A DNA stretch of 64,000 nt. Source: Macrostomum lignano (taxonomy: Eukaryota). The position numbers and the translations under genes are program-made. Below the pieces are notes generated by a model. The model was not told the origin of the DNA, made no database searches, and worked only from the letters and a program-made list of their open reading frames with translations. Positions 1-11,700 of this stretch are shown piece after piece. Numbering within the stretch: position 1 is the stretch's first letter; the number at the start of each line of letters is the position of its first letter. The stretch lies in NCBI GenBank assembly GCA_002269645.1, contig NIVC01000305.1, forward strand, positions 1 to 64,000, given 5' to 3'.

Positions 1-124
1 ACAGGTGAGTAAAATGGCATTTGTTTTAATTCAATGACAGAATCAATCCGGAAAAACTAGACAAGGTCTAGTAGGATTTGCTAGACTATTTTAGAATACC
101 AATAGCAATAGTGATATACCAATA

Positions 125-490
125 GTGAGCACGAAAAGTACTTTAACCACCTCTTTCACGCATTCTCTGTTTCTCTATTTACTTATCGATTATCTTCCCG
201 ACTTTCTACTCTCTACCCTTCTCCTCTACTCTCTCCTCTCTATTCTCTTTTCACTATCTCTCTCCTCTACTCTCCTTTCTACTCCTCTCATCTACTCTCT
301 CCTCTCTACATCTTTCCTATACTCTCTCATCTCGATCCCTTCTTTTCTATTCACTCACCTGTACTCTTCTTCTCTACTATATCTTACATCTACGCCTCTC
401 ATGTACTCTCCTCTCATTGCTACTCCTATCTAATCTCTCATTTCTACCCTTTCTCTACTCTCTCCTGTCTACCCCTCTCCTCTACTTTTG
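125..490. repeat. CT-rich low-complexity tract in the PKN intron
   Basis: Degenerate ctct/tctc repeats. The 102-aa L/S-rich ORF at 125-433 is a by-product. Confidence 0.8.
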
Positions 491-509
491 GCTGTTGGCA
501 CGTTTTTCA

Positions 510-619
510 GGCACACACTCATACACACGCTCACACAGAGTGCACAGCAAGCCCTGACTAATCGAATATTTAATCCTCAGGCATGTACACTATCTGTGCC
601 TTGGGGGTTCGGCCCTCAT
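510..619. repeat. Short dispersed repeat (other copies at ~3150-3262 and, inverted, ~20223-20283)
   Basis: ggcacacactc...aggcatgtacact...gtgccttgggggtt(c)ggccctca recurs at 3171-3260. A reverse-complement fragment lies at 20223. Confidence 0.7.
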
Positions 620-699
620 TGGTGTGAATTTCCGTGCACACAAGCCCCAAAACGAATGTGACCGCGCAGCGCAAGAGTGTAAAAATCTCTCTCACACAC

Positions 700-1490
700 C
701 TGCAGAGCTCTCGCCGCTTTCATTGCTCCATCGCACAGTCGCCATTCAACTTTCAATTTGTGCTTCAACTCTTCGATTCGTTGCTGCTCAGCTGACAGCT
801 CCGTTGGCGCGAGAATCACCCCGACGCCGTACCGTCTGAAGAGGAAGCGGCAGCAGCAGCCGCGGGCCGCCGCTGCAGCGCTAGCAGCCGCCGTGTCCTC
901 CTGCTGCAAGCGCAACAGGCTGTTCTTTAAAAAAGCAATCTTATCGCGACTCTCGGCAAGCTCCTGTCTGGCCCGTTCCAGCAGAGCGGCTGAAGCGCCA
1001 GACACGGCCGCGCCTTTGCCGCACAGATTCTCAATCAGCTCTCGCTCCAGACTTCACTTTCATCTCAATTGCCAGCTGCTTTTGAAGGTCAGTAATTCGC
1101 GATCGACGCCACCAGAACCGCCAAATCCGCCGTCATCTGATGCTCCACCGCCGCCACCGTCGGCTTCGTTAGCAGCTGCCGATGTGACACCGCGGATGTG
1201 CTGCAGCACCAGCATTTCGTTGCTGGTTTCCTGGATCTGGTCGTGAATCTCGTGAAGGTCTCTCTCGTAGTCGGCAATCTGTTTATTAACATCTTTTGCT
1301 TTCTTTTTTCCATAGCGTTGCGCAAATTCTCGGCGCCAGCTTTCAACTTGCGCACCTTGAATAGTTCATCTTTTAGAGATTCTTTCTGCGCTTCGAGACG
1401 GCGCATCACTTGGTCAAACTGCTCAGGATCGGAGCCAGGCCGCAAGCTGTACTTTGTGGCCACGCTAGTGTAGGAATCCAAAGTGTCCAT
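700..1490 (-). CDS. PKN: PKN-like serine/threonine kinase, first coding exon (HR1a-c), frameshifted in this sequence
   Basis: ATG at 1490. Three HR1 motifs lie in shifting frames: KVRKLKAGAENL; SRITDLQKQLAIEMKVKSGA; RIEELKHKLKVEWRLCDGA. Donor CAG|GTGTGT at 700/699. Frame breaks near 1300, 1105 and 1050, and probably a compensating pair near 870/815. The kinase domain lies outside the window. Confidence 0.8.
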
Positions 1491-1702
1491 TGCTGCTGCT
1501 GCGTGACCTCTAAGTGAGAAAATCTGACTAATCTATAGCAGGCCAATACTTGGTTGCCCGAATTGGGTTTGACAATTTCTGAAATGTTTATAACGCAGAT
1601 TTCCTGTTAACAATGGTTATTACTTCTAGTTGTACAGTTGGTTCGTTGTACTGATTAACTGAGTAAAATACCTCTCGAAAACAATTAAATTACTTTAAAC
1701 GG

Positions 1703-1980
1703 CTAATAATAATTGATTGCACCTGCCCTAATGAGCAGATGTGCAACCGACAGCTCAGCCGCAGCTATTGCGCGGCGCATCTGAAGGCTGCGTACGGCTG
1801 TTCAGTCCAAGGACTGGGGGGGGGGGTCGCCACACACCCTCAATTAGCCCAGCTAATGCTGGCACCCATTTTACAGCTGGGTGAACTGAAGCAATGCAGA
1901 GTTAATTGTCTTGCTCAATGACACAAATTGTTCCAATGGAATCGGGAATCGAACCCCAGACCACAACTAGGCTACAGCCC
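1703..1980 (-). mobile_element. tRNA-derived CORE-type SINE (copy 1, head partly deleted)
   Basis: Minus strand has a B box (ggggttcgattccc) and a CORE-like segment (ttgagcaagac...cttcagttcacccagctgtaaaatgggtgccagc). Close match to 3364-3654. Confidence 0.8.
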
Positions 1981-3363
1981 CATTTAAACCGTCGCAATAT
2001 AATATTTAAATAGTTTTGACTCAAAAACTCCTTAAATTAATGCCACAAAGTCTTAATAAAAAACGCGTCTATATTTATACACAAAAACTTGACATACTGA
2101 CCGTTCCTAATTGTACATAAGAAACATCTAAACAATAACTATATGTGAGCTAAAAATAAAGAAAGAAAATAAATAGTTAAGTAAAATAAAAAAGAATTGT
2201 TTATAATGTGAAATGACAGCATTTACTGTAACGATATACAGGCCGGAATACACTACTGGATGAAATTCAGGTTTAAAAAAACATAACTTTTTATTCAAAA
2301 AGCAATTTAAAATGGGTTTAACAAAAACTGGGTTAAAATTGATTATTGAGTTAATGTATATGCAAATCTATATAACTATTGATAAACATTAAACGATTAA
2401 TTTTTAATATATCATATCTCATGCCACGGTACCATGCTAAAAGTACACCAGATTTTGTACATAAAGCTTTTTGTGTCTTTCAATTTCTTATAGCAATCCA
2501 ATTAATAGAAAATTGTAAAAATTTCTTGACAAAAAAACGGGTTTTTTTTCAAAAAGAACACCATTTATGCAGCTTATAATTATTGAAAATTAACAAGCGC
2601 TGGTTCTGAATTACAATAACAATTTAATACTTATATATAATATGTGTGTATACTGTACATCAATATGTACGTAACTAATTATTAAATTTAATATAACAAA
2701 AGGACACACAAAAGCACAATTTTGATAATTAAATATTCAGTGCAATCATCACAAAAATTATATACCGATATATATATAAAATACTAGAATGATGCATGCA
2801 ATAAACAATTTATAAACGTGTTTAATAACGTTAATAAATAGGCTTTTCTTGAACTATATACATGCAAATATTAGTCAATACTAATAATATTAACTAGGAT
2901 AACTATAAACAATTGAGTTAGCATAAAATTGTTAAGCTTAATGTATAATCAGCATTTGAAAAGCTTGAAAATCTATGAAATTGTATAATATATTTTTGAT
3001 GGCTTGATTTAACTTTAATAGTACATTAGCAAGATGAGGAAGGCATTTTCGCTGAACTTTCAGCAAGCTTATAAACCTTATTAATATTTATTATTTTCCA
3101 AATTTTAACTGGCAATGCCCATTCCGCCGACTCCCCTGAGCAGGCACACAAGCGCACAGATACGTACGCAGGCACACACTCACACAGGAGTGTACAGCGG
3201 CCCTAACTTTATTTATCGTTAGGCATGTACACTTCACTGTGCCTTGGGGGTTGGCCCTCAAGGCCGTTAATTGCATGAGCAGAGCCAAGCCGAGATTCCA
3301 ATTTAGCCCCAAATTTAGACCTAACCATTATGGCAGCTGGACAACTGGGCTACGGACCCCCCA

Positions 3364-3654
3364 ATTATTATAATTTATCACACCTGCCATAATGGCCAGA
3401 TTCGCAACCGACAGCTCAGCCACAGCTATTGCGCGGCGCATCTGAAGGCTGCGTACGGCTGTTCAGTCCAAGGTCGCCACACACCCTCAATTACCCCAGC
3501 TAATGCTGGCACCCATTTTACAGCTGGGTGAACTGAAGCAATGTAGAGTTGAGTGTCTTGCTCAAGGACACAAATTGTTCCTAAGTGGAATCGGGAATCG
3601 AACCCCAGACCTTCAAGTCCTGAGCCCGACTCTATAACCCACTAGGCTACAACC
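3364..3654 (-). mobile_element. tRNA-derived CORE-type SINE (copy 2, full head)
   Basis: Minus strand has an A box (tagcctagtgg), a B box (ggttcgattcc), a CORE-like body and an AT-rich tail. Confidence 0.85.
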
Positions 3655-3814
3655 TCATTTTACCATTAACAATAGCTAATACATTCAACAAAAAGAAAAA
3701 ACAGGTCTTCAAATACGAGATTAAAATTGTTAAACAATCAATCAAAAGGATAGATTTTTACTCAAGATTAATACGCTCGTAATCCCAATGAATCGCTGAT
3801 TCAACAGCAGATCC

Positions 3815-5687
3815 CTAAGACTGATGATGCGACGCCACTGGCCGTCTGGCGGAACCAACAGCATTGTAGGCCTGGCGAATCAGTGCATAGGGGAAGCACA
3901 TCTCCAGCAGACTGGCAGTCAGGTAGGGGCACTGCTTCACTATCAGGTCCAAGATGATGAACACTGAGGGCAGATTCCTGCCAGTGAGCTCGTCCTGGCT
4001 AGCCCTGAGCAGTGAGCTGCTGCACAGAGCTAGAAATTCTTTCCAACGATCGCCCAATTCAACGCTCAGCTGCTGCGGAGTGCACAGAGTTAGCAGGGCT
4101 GGCAGGACTGAGTTCAAGGCTCCCGCAATGGTGTGGGTATTGTTGTAGTGCGCCTCAACATCGTGGCCATAGACTGTGTTGTCAAGGGCGGCCAGGCGGG
4201 GCAGAGACACGGACAGGAAGACCAGCATGTGGCACACCAGCATGTACTCCTGCGGTGGGGTGGCAAGGGTCATGACCGGTTAGAATGCAGATTCAGAACA
4301 AGGTGAGATAGATATAATGGTGAGATAGAAAATAGAATAGCTGAGGTAGAAGATAGAAAAGGTGAGCATGAAGGTATAATTTGTGAGACTGGAGATATAA
4401 TACTGGAGTGACAAGATATAATGGCTGAAAAAGGAGATAGAATGGATGAGATGGTAGATAGAATGGCTGAGATAGGAGATAAAATGGCTGAGATAAGAGA
4501 TAGAATGGCTAAGATAGGAGATACAATGGCTAAGATAGGAGATTGAATCGCTGAGATAGGAGATAGAAAGGCTTAGACAGGAGATAGAATGGATGAGATA
4601 GGAGATAAAAAGGCTGAGATAGAGATAGAATGGCTGAGATAGGAGATAGAATGGCTGAGATAGGAGGTAGAAAGGCTGAGATAGGAGATAGAAAGGCTGA
4701 GATAGGATATAGAAAGGCTGAGATAGGAGGTAGAAAGGCTGAGATAGGAGATAGAAAGGCTGAGATAAGAGATGGAAAGGCTGAGATAGGAGATAGAAAG
4801 GCTGAGATAGGAGGTAGAAAGGCTGAGATAGGAGATAGAATTCACCTGCTCAGGTTTCCCTTTAAGCCGTTCCAGCGCCTGCAGCAGGCCCAGATCCACT
4901 GAGCTGTCCAGTCCCATTCCGCTGCGGAACAGTGCGGTGACTTCGCCCCGATCTCCGAGCAGATCTTCAGCAGTTTTGATGAGGAACGGAGACCGTTTCT
5001 GCATGACGGAGTTCAGGCCCTCCTGGCACAGGCGGCGGAAGCTCAGGTAGACGCCGGCGTTTTTAAAACGGCACAGAAATTCGACCGGTTGCTGCAGGCG
5101 ACCGGATAGTTCGGACATCCGCGTTGGATCTTCGAAGCTGACACGGAGGGCTTGGAGAACCTTGGGGAAGGAATCGAGGATGTCAGGGGAGGCTTATTAA
5201 GAATCTTAGATTGCAGTAGCTTTGGATGGCACAGTGCAGTGATAGGCCAGCGGTAAAAGAAGCGATTAATCTGTTTTTTAATGTGCTTAGATTAATGATT
5301 GATGGATTGGTTTGTTGATTGATTGATTGGCTGATTGATTGATTGATTGGTTTGTTGATTGATTTACTGATGTATTGATTGGTTGATTGATTGATTGGCT
5401 TATTGATTGATTAGCTGATTGATTGACTTATTGATTAGTTTCTTGATTGATTGGCTGATTGATTGGCTTATTGATTGATTGGCTGATTGATTGGCTTATT
5501 GATTGATTGGCTGATTGATTGATTGGCTGATTGATTGGTTTGTTGATTGATTGACTGATTGATTGGTTTGTTGATTGATTGGCTGATTGATTGGCTTATT
5601 GATTGATTGGCTGATTGATTGGTTTGTTGATTGATTGGCTGATTGATTAGCTGATTGATTGATTGATTGGCTGATTGATTGATTGGC

Positions 5688-5731
<44 letters not shown>

Positions 5732-8700
5732 GGATTGTTTGATTGATGGATTGGCTAATTGATTGATGGATTGATTCGATCGATTGATCGATTAGTTGAT
5801 TGATTGGCTGATTGAATGATTAAGTGATTGATTGATGGCTTGATTGATTGGTTCATTGATTGGCTGATTGTTCAAATAATTGATTGATTGATAAATTAGT
5901 TGATTGATTGATAGATGGATAGATTAATATACTGGTTGAGAGATCGATATACGACATGGCTGATTGGCATACATCATAATTGATGTATAAATCATAGCTA
6001 GAAAAAGCAAGTTTAGCAGCAAAAGCACACGGCAATATGAGAACCCCTCACCTCCATATTGGCCATAACCAACTTCTTAGCTTCTTCAATCTCCGCGGCA
6101 ACCAATTTGCAGACCTCCTCATCAAGATACTTCATACCGTAGGGACCGATCAGTTCGGCCAGAGCGCAGATCTCGTTATAATCAGCGTACTCTTCAATAG
6201 GGAACGGCTGGTTGGGGTCCATCATGAGGAAACTCTTGAACCTGGGACTGTAGATCACCCTAGGCGAGTCGGCAACCACCTTAGGCAGCAGGGCACCGCA
6301 GTACCAAGCTATGTAGTTGTGCGTGATGGTCTGGTCACCGCGCCAGCTGTCTCTGAGCTGGGTCTGCTGCAACAGCACCATGTTGAACACCCGAGGCAGG
6401 TCCAATGTCATGAAACAGTCCAGATCTTGGAGCACACCTAGAGACGCTTTTAAACAGCTCAACAGTTCCGAGGGTTTAGCGATCTCTTCCCGTTCGGCAT
6501 TGTACATCTGGCTGGCAACGATAGTTTTACAGAACTTCTGTTCCAATTCAGCAGTCAGAACCTCTCTGGGCACGATGGATCGGTATTGAAAATTGACAGT
6601 TCGGCAGTTGTGCAGGGAGCAGCACAGCTCGCTCAGTGCCATGCGGTATTTGTCAATAGAGGTCATGTTCTCTCGGCGCTTTCGCTGCGACTCCGTGCCG
6701 GGAACTTCGGCGGCCGCGGCTGACGCCAACGCCGCTGCGGCTGCGTGTGGCGAAACGATCGTTTTGTTTTAACAAATAAGGGATATGTTGCCATGCAGAT
6801 GAGTTCCAATTCTATTGCTGCAATACCCATGGCATTGAAATGCTAGTAGAGATCGTTGCTAAGCTAGTAGAAGCCGTTGTTATGGCGTAAAAAACCGTTG
6901 CTATGCTAGTAGAACATGTTGCTATGGTGTAAAATCCGGTGCTATGGTAGTAGAACCCGTTTCTATGCTAGTAGAGCCCGTTACTATGCTAGTAGAGCCC
7001 GCTGCTATGCTATTAGAACCCGTTGCTATGCTATTAGAACCCGTTGCTAAGCTATTAGAACCCGTTACTATGCTATTAGAACCCGTTGCTATACTATTAG
7101 AACCAGTTGCTATGCTATTAGAACCCGTTGCTATTGTAGAGATCTCCAGAGGCATTACAAGCAGACTACTGTAAGTAGTAACATAAAAATGCGAAAAACT
7201 TGAATGTTGTAAAAACTGCAAATTGTCACACTCTATTTTTAAAGACCACGAAAGCAACAAATGACCATCTTTTGCAACACTTAAATTTAGAACTCCGAAT
7301 ATGGTATTGACGCTCAAACCTAATGTATTCCATAGGGGCCAAATTTCCAAAGCGCTAAACTGTCACCTACTAAAAATAAGCTGTTTCTCAATAATTTTTC
7401 CTATAAATACAAGCCAAAATCCGAGCTAAAAATCTCAGACTCGGAGCAGCCTCAAAAGATCTTGGGACTCGGAGCAGCCTCTAAAGATCTTGGAGCTGCT
7501 GGAACAGCTAAGCGAGGCTACATCTCTGAGAGAGAAGTAAACCAATTGGTGAACCGTTGCTCGAGCCTTTGTTATTGATTTTGAGAGCGATTTATTGCCG
7601 GCCGCTACTGTCCAGTCGTTTGGACTGAGATCATTGAATTTGAGGCCTCCCATTTTCCTAAGGGATTGGATAGGATCTGCGGACCGATTCCGATACCCTT
7701 AGAGGATTATCGATTGATTGATTTTGGTTATCCTAGATTAACCGATAGGAGCACACGACTCCGATTCCGTTAGATCTAGAAGAAGACGCCCCTCTTGGAG
7801 GTCCTCGTGATTATTACAGAAGTTGATTTTATTACAAAGGCGCATCGTTGATATTGATTACTGAGCTTAAGGCCTATATTGATTTGCATTCGAGAAATAC
7901 TGCGACGTCGCCTGATTTGATCGTCACGCTCTCATTCGGCCGATTCGAGACTTCAAGAAGATTCCTCCGGAGAAGAAGAAGATTAGAAGAAACGAGCTCG
8001 GAGAACCTGCACTACACAGAAGAGGAGCCCGCAACAGTAAGTGATCACTTTATTTTGTTCCCAGGCTTAAGTGTCTGGAAGTGGGAGTTTTCGGGAGACT
8101 GATCACCTCCCGAATCAACTCTTCACTATGCTATTAGAACCCGTTGCTATGCTATTAGAACCCGTTGCTATGCTATTAGAACCCGTTGCTATGCTATTAG
8201 AACCCGTTGCTTGCTATTAGCAGTGGCGTAGCCAGGTGGGGTTGGGCGCGGCGGATACCAAAAACCAGGAGGCAATTGAGTGCCTGCGGCGCCGAAATAA
8301 GTGCCTGCGGCGCCAAAATGAGCACCTACGGCGCCAAGTGGCAATGGCATGAGGCATGGCCAGCCAAAGCAACCCGTCCCTCCCCCAATTGAAATTCCTG
8401 GCTACGCCACTGGCTATTAGAACCCGTTGCTATGCTATTAGAACCCGTTGCTATGCTATTAGAACCCGTTGCTATGCTATTAGAACCCGTTGCTATGCTA
8501 TTAGAACCCGTTGCTATGCTATTAGAACCCGTTGCTATGCTATTAGAACCCGTTGCTATGCTATGTTAATAGCATACAGAATAGCATTGAAAATTAAAAT
8601 TCACCCCAAGCGGGCTAATTAAAAGTACACGCTCACCTTGACTTTTCTTGCCGGCATTAGGCGCAGGCAGCGGCATCATTTTAATGGCGGCCATTTTCGG

Positions 8701-11700
8701 CAGCAGCCGATAGCTCAGCTGAGTCTGCTCCTCAAACACGCATATTACTAATTGAATAATCTCGTGACAGATATTGCGAACAAAGGAGAGAGCCCGTTCG
8801 AAAGCTCGCTCGGCAACTAGGGCGGTCTCCTCCGGGCAGAGCGGGTGGGTCAGCGTGGTGTAGTGAGTGCAGATCTGGGGGAACACGGTGATGTACCTGT
8901 GCTGAGCCGGGAATTCGATGTTCAAATTGAACATTTGAATTAGGAAATCGTCGTAGAAGAAGAACAGATGCAGCGACGAAGTCTCGGCCAGGACGCCGTC
9001 CAGATCGTCGATGAGGCGAGTGTGAAAAGCGGCGCTGTTCATATGCTTGGCGAACGGGTCGCACTCGCGGATGCTGGGCACCCCGCTGCTGGAACTGAGC
9101 TTGGCCTGAAGGCGGAGCCAATCGATGCGGACGTCCGACAGTTGGATTGGCTCTTTGTCTTCGACCTGGCGATGAAGGGGGGACAGATGGAGAAGGAAGT
9201 GAATGTTTTTTGAGCATTCAATCCAAGGTTCAATTGTTATGCAGCTAGGACTGGCTGCTATATGGGGTGAGGATCTGCTGCTATGGAGTAAGGACCTGTT
9301 GCTATGGGGTAAGGATTTGTTGCTATGGGGTAAGGATTTGTTGCTATAGGGTAAGGATTTGTTGCTATGGAGTGAGGACCTGTTGCTATGGAGTAAGGAC
9401 CTGTTGCTATGGGATAAGGACATGTTGCTATGGAGCAACAATCTGTTGCTATGGGGTAAGGATTTGTTGCTATGGAGTGAGGACCTGTTGCTATGGAGTA
9501 AGGACCTGTTGCTATGGAGTAAGGTCATGTTGCTATGGGGTAAGGACCTGTTGCTATGGTGTAAGGATTTGTTGCTATGGCGTAAGGATCTGTTGCTATG
9601 GTGTAAGGACCTTTTGCTATGGAGTAAGGTCATGTTGCTATGGAGTGAGGACCTGTTGCTATGGCGTAAGGTCATGTTGCTATGGAGTAAGGACCTGTTG
9701 CTATGGAGTAAGGTCATGTTGCTATGGAGTAAGGACCTGTTGCTATAGAGTAAGGTCATGTTGCTATGGAGTAAGGTCATGTTGCTATGGTGTAAGGATA
9801 TGTTGCTATGGGGTAAGGATTTATTGATATTCGGTGAGGATCAGTTGCTATGGCGTAAGAATATGTTGCCATGGTAGAAGTAACTGTTGCTATGGCGTAA
9901 AGACCGGTTGCTATAGCGTAAGGACCAGTTGCTAAGGTGTAAGGATCTGTTTCTATGGCATGAGGACCTGTTGCCATGATGCTAACTGCTGTTTGCATCA
10001 TAATGCTCTTTAGAGACAAGGAACTGTTGTATGAGGACATGCTGTACACCATACAGGCTAACTATTAGATACACAACTATTAGAATTTTACCTGTTTCAC
10101 GGTGAGACTACTCAATTTCTGCAGCACATCCGACAGCATTGATGCGTCCTCCTCCATCAGGGTGCTCCCCAAGGCGCCTTTCAGTTCGCGTTCGAGCAGC
10201 ACGCTGTCCCAGTTGATCAGAGTTTGCACGTTGAATCGTTGAATCACCTTTGGAGAAACAGACGAATCTCATTATAACAAAACAGACGAATCTCACTATA
10301 ACAAAACACACGAATCTCATTATAACAAAACAGACGAATCTCATTATAACAAAACAGACGAATCTCATTATAACAAAACAGACGAATCTCACTATAACAA
10401 AACAGACGAATCTCATTATAACAAAACAGACGAATCTCATTATAACAAAACTGACGAATCTCATTATAACAAAACAGACAAATCTCATTATAACAAAACA
10501 GACGAATCTCACTATAACAAAACAGACGAATCTCATTATAACAAAACAGACGAATCTCATTGTAACAAAACAGACGAATCTCATTATAACAAAACAGACG
10601 AATCTCATTATAACAAAACAGACGAATCTCACTATAACAAAACAGACGAATCTCATTACAACAAAACAGACGAATCTCACTATAACAAAACAGACGAATC
10701 TCATTATAACAAAACAGACGAATCTCATTATAACAAAACTGACGAATCTCATTATAACAAAACAGACGAATCTCATAATAACAAAACAGACAAATCCCAT
10801 TATAACAAAACAGACGAATCTCACTATAACAAAAGACAAATCTCATCATAACAAAACAGAGAAGTCCCAGCCTCACCTGGTGATACTTCCTAACCAGCTG
10901 CCTCAGCTCCTCCATGTGATAGATGAACTCAGGCAGGAACCTGTCCTGCGTGCTGTCACCAGCATTCTGTCCGGCCTTCTGACGCAACTTGCCCGCTCCC
11001 GACGGGTGAACACCGTGACGAAGAAACCAGAGAACCTCGTCGCGACAATAGGACAGCGTCATCAACAGGTAGAGCACCTTGGGACCCAGCAGGCCAGGCT
11101 GGTCAGAGAATATCAGGCAGAGCTCTTTGAGTATGTTTCGCAAATATTTCCGGCGCTCCCTGTGCACCTCGGGTCCCTGCTGGCAGACCTGCGTGTGCCA
11201 CTCCTTCACTTCGTTCACTCGGCGACTGTAGTTGCGAATTGTGTCAAAGAAGCTGATGATGAAGCTGTGAGTCTGGATCACCTGGAATTTGATGCGGGAT
11301 TTTAAAAAAGCTAGATTTGAAGGAGCATTTTTATTTGCTATAATGGGGATTGGGAATCTTACGTATTACATGTACTTATTGAGGTGGGATTAGGGGTATT
11401 AGGATGGGGATTTGGGGTATTATGATTGGGATTTGGGGTAGTATGATTGAGATTTGGGGTAGTATGATTGAGATTTGGGGTATTATGATTGGGATTTGGG
11501 GTATTATGATTGGGATTTAGGGTATTGTGATTGGGATTTAGGGTATTATGATTGGGATTTGGGGTATTGTGATTGGGATTTGGGGTAATTATGATTGGGA
11601 TTTAGGGTATTGTGATTGGGATTTAGGGTATTGTGATTGGGATTTAGGGTATTATAATTGGGATTTAGGGTTTAAAATTGGGATTTAGGGTATTGTGATT

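Larger units (their letters stand above)
6850..8562. repeat. 21-nt minisatellite (GCTATGCTATTAGAACCCGTT), NCKAP1 intron 5, interrupted by a solo LTR and a MITE
   Basis: Units at ~6850-7134, 8126-8220 and 8413-8562. Confidence 0.93.

Noticed and set aside
1040-1310. Programmed ribosomal frameshifting in PKN
   Set aside because: There are too many consecutive shifts, no consistent slippery-site or stimulator context, and PKN genes are not known to be recoded.
3580-3654. tRNA gene
   Set aside because: A and B boxes are present, but there is no acceptor-stem closure. The sequence continues into a CORE-SINE body shared with 1703-1980.
8566-10839. Long repetitive ORFs (e.g. 8566-9780, 9267-9827, 10108-10839, 10250-11305, 4630-4902, 19630-20151) as novel repeat proteins
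   Set aside because: They arise from 21- and 24-nt minisatellites (multiples of 3) lying in well-defined GT-AG introns, and they are open on both strands.
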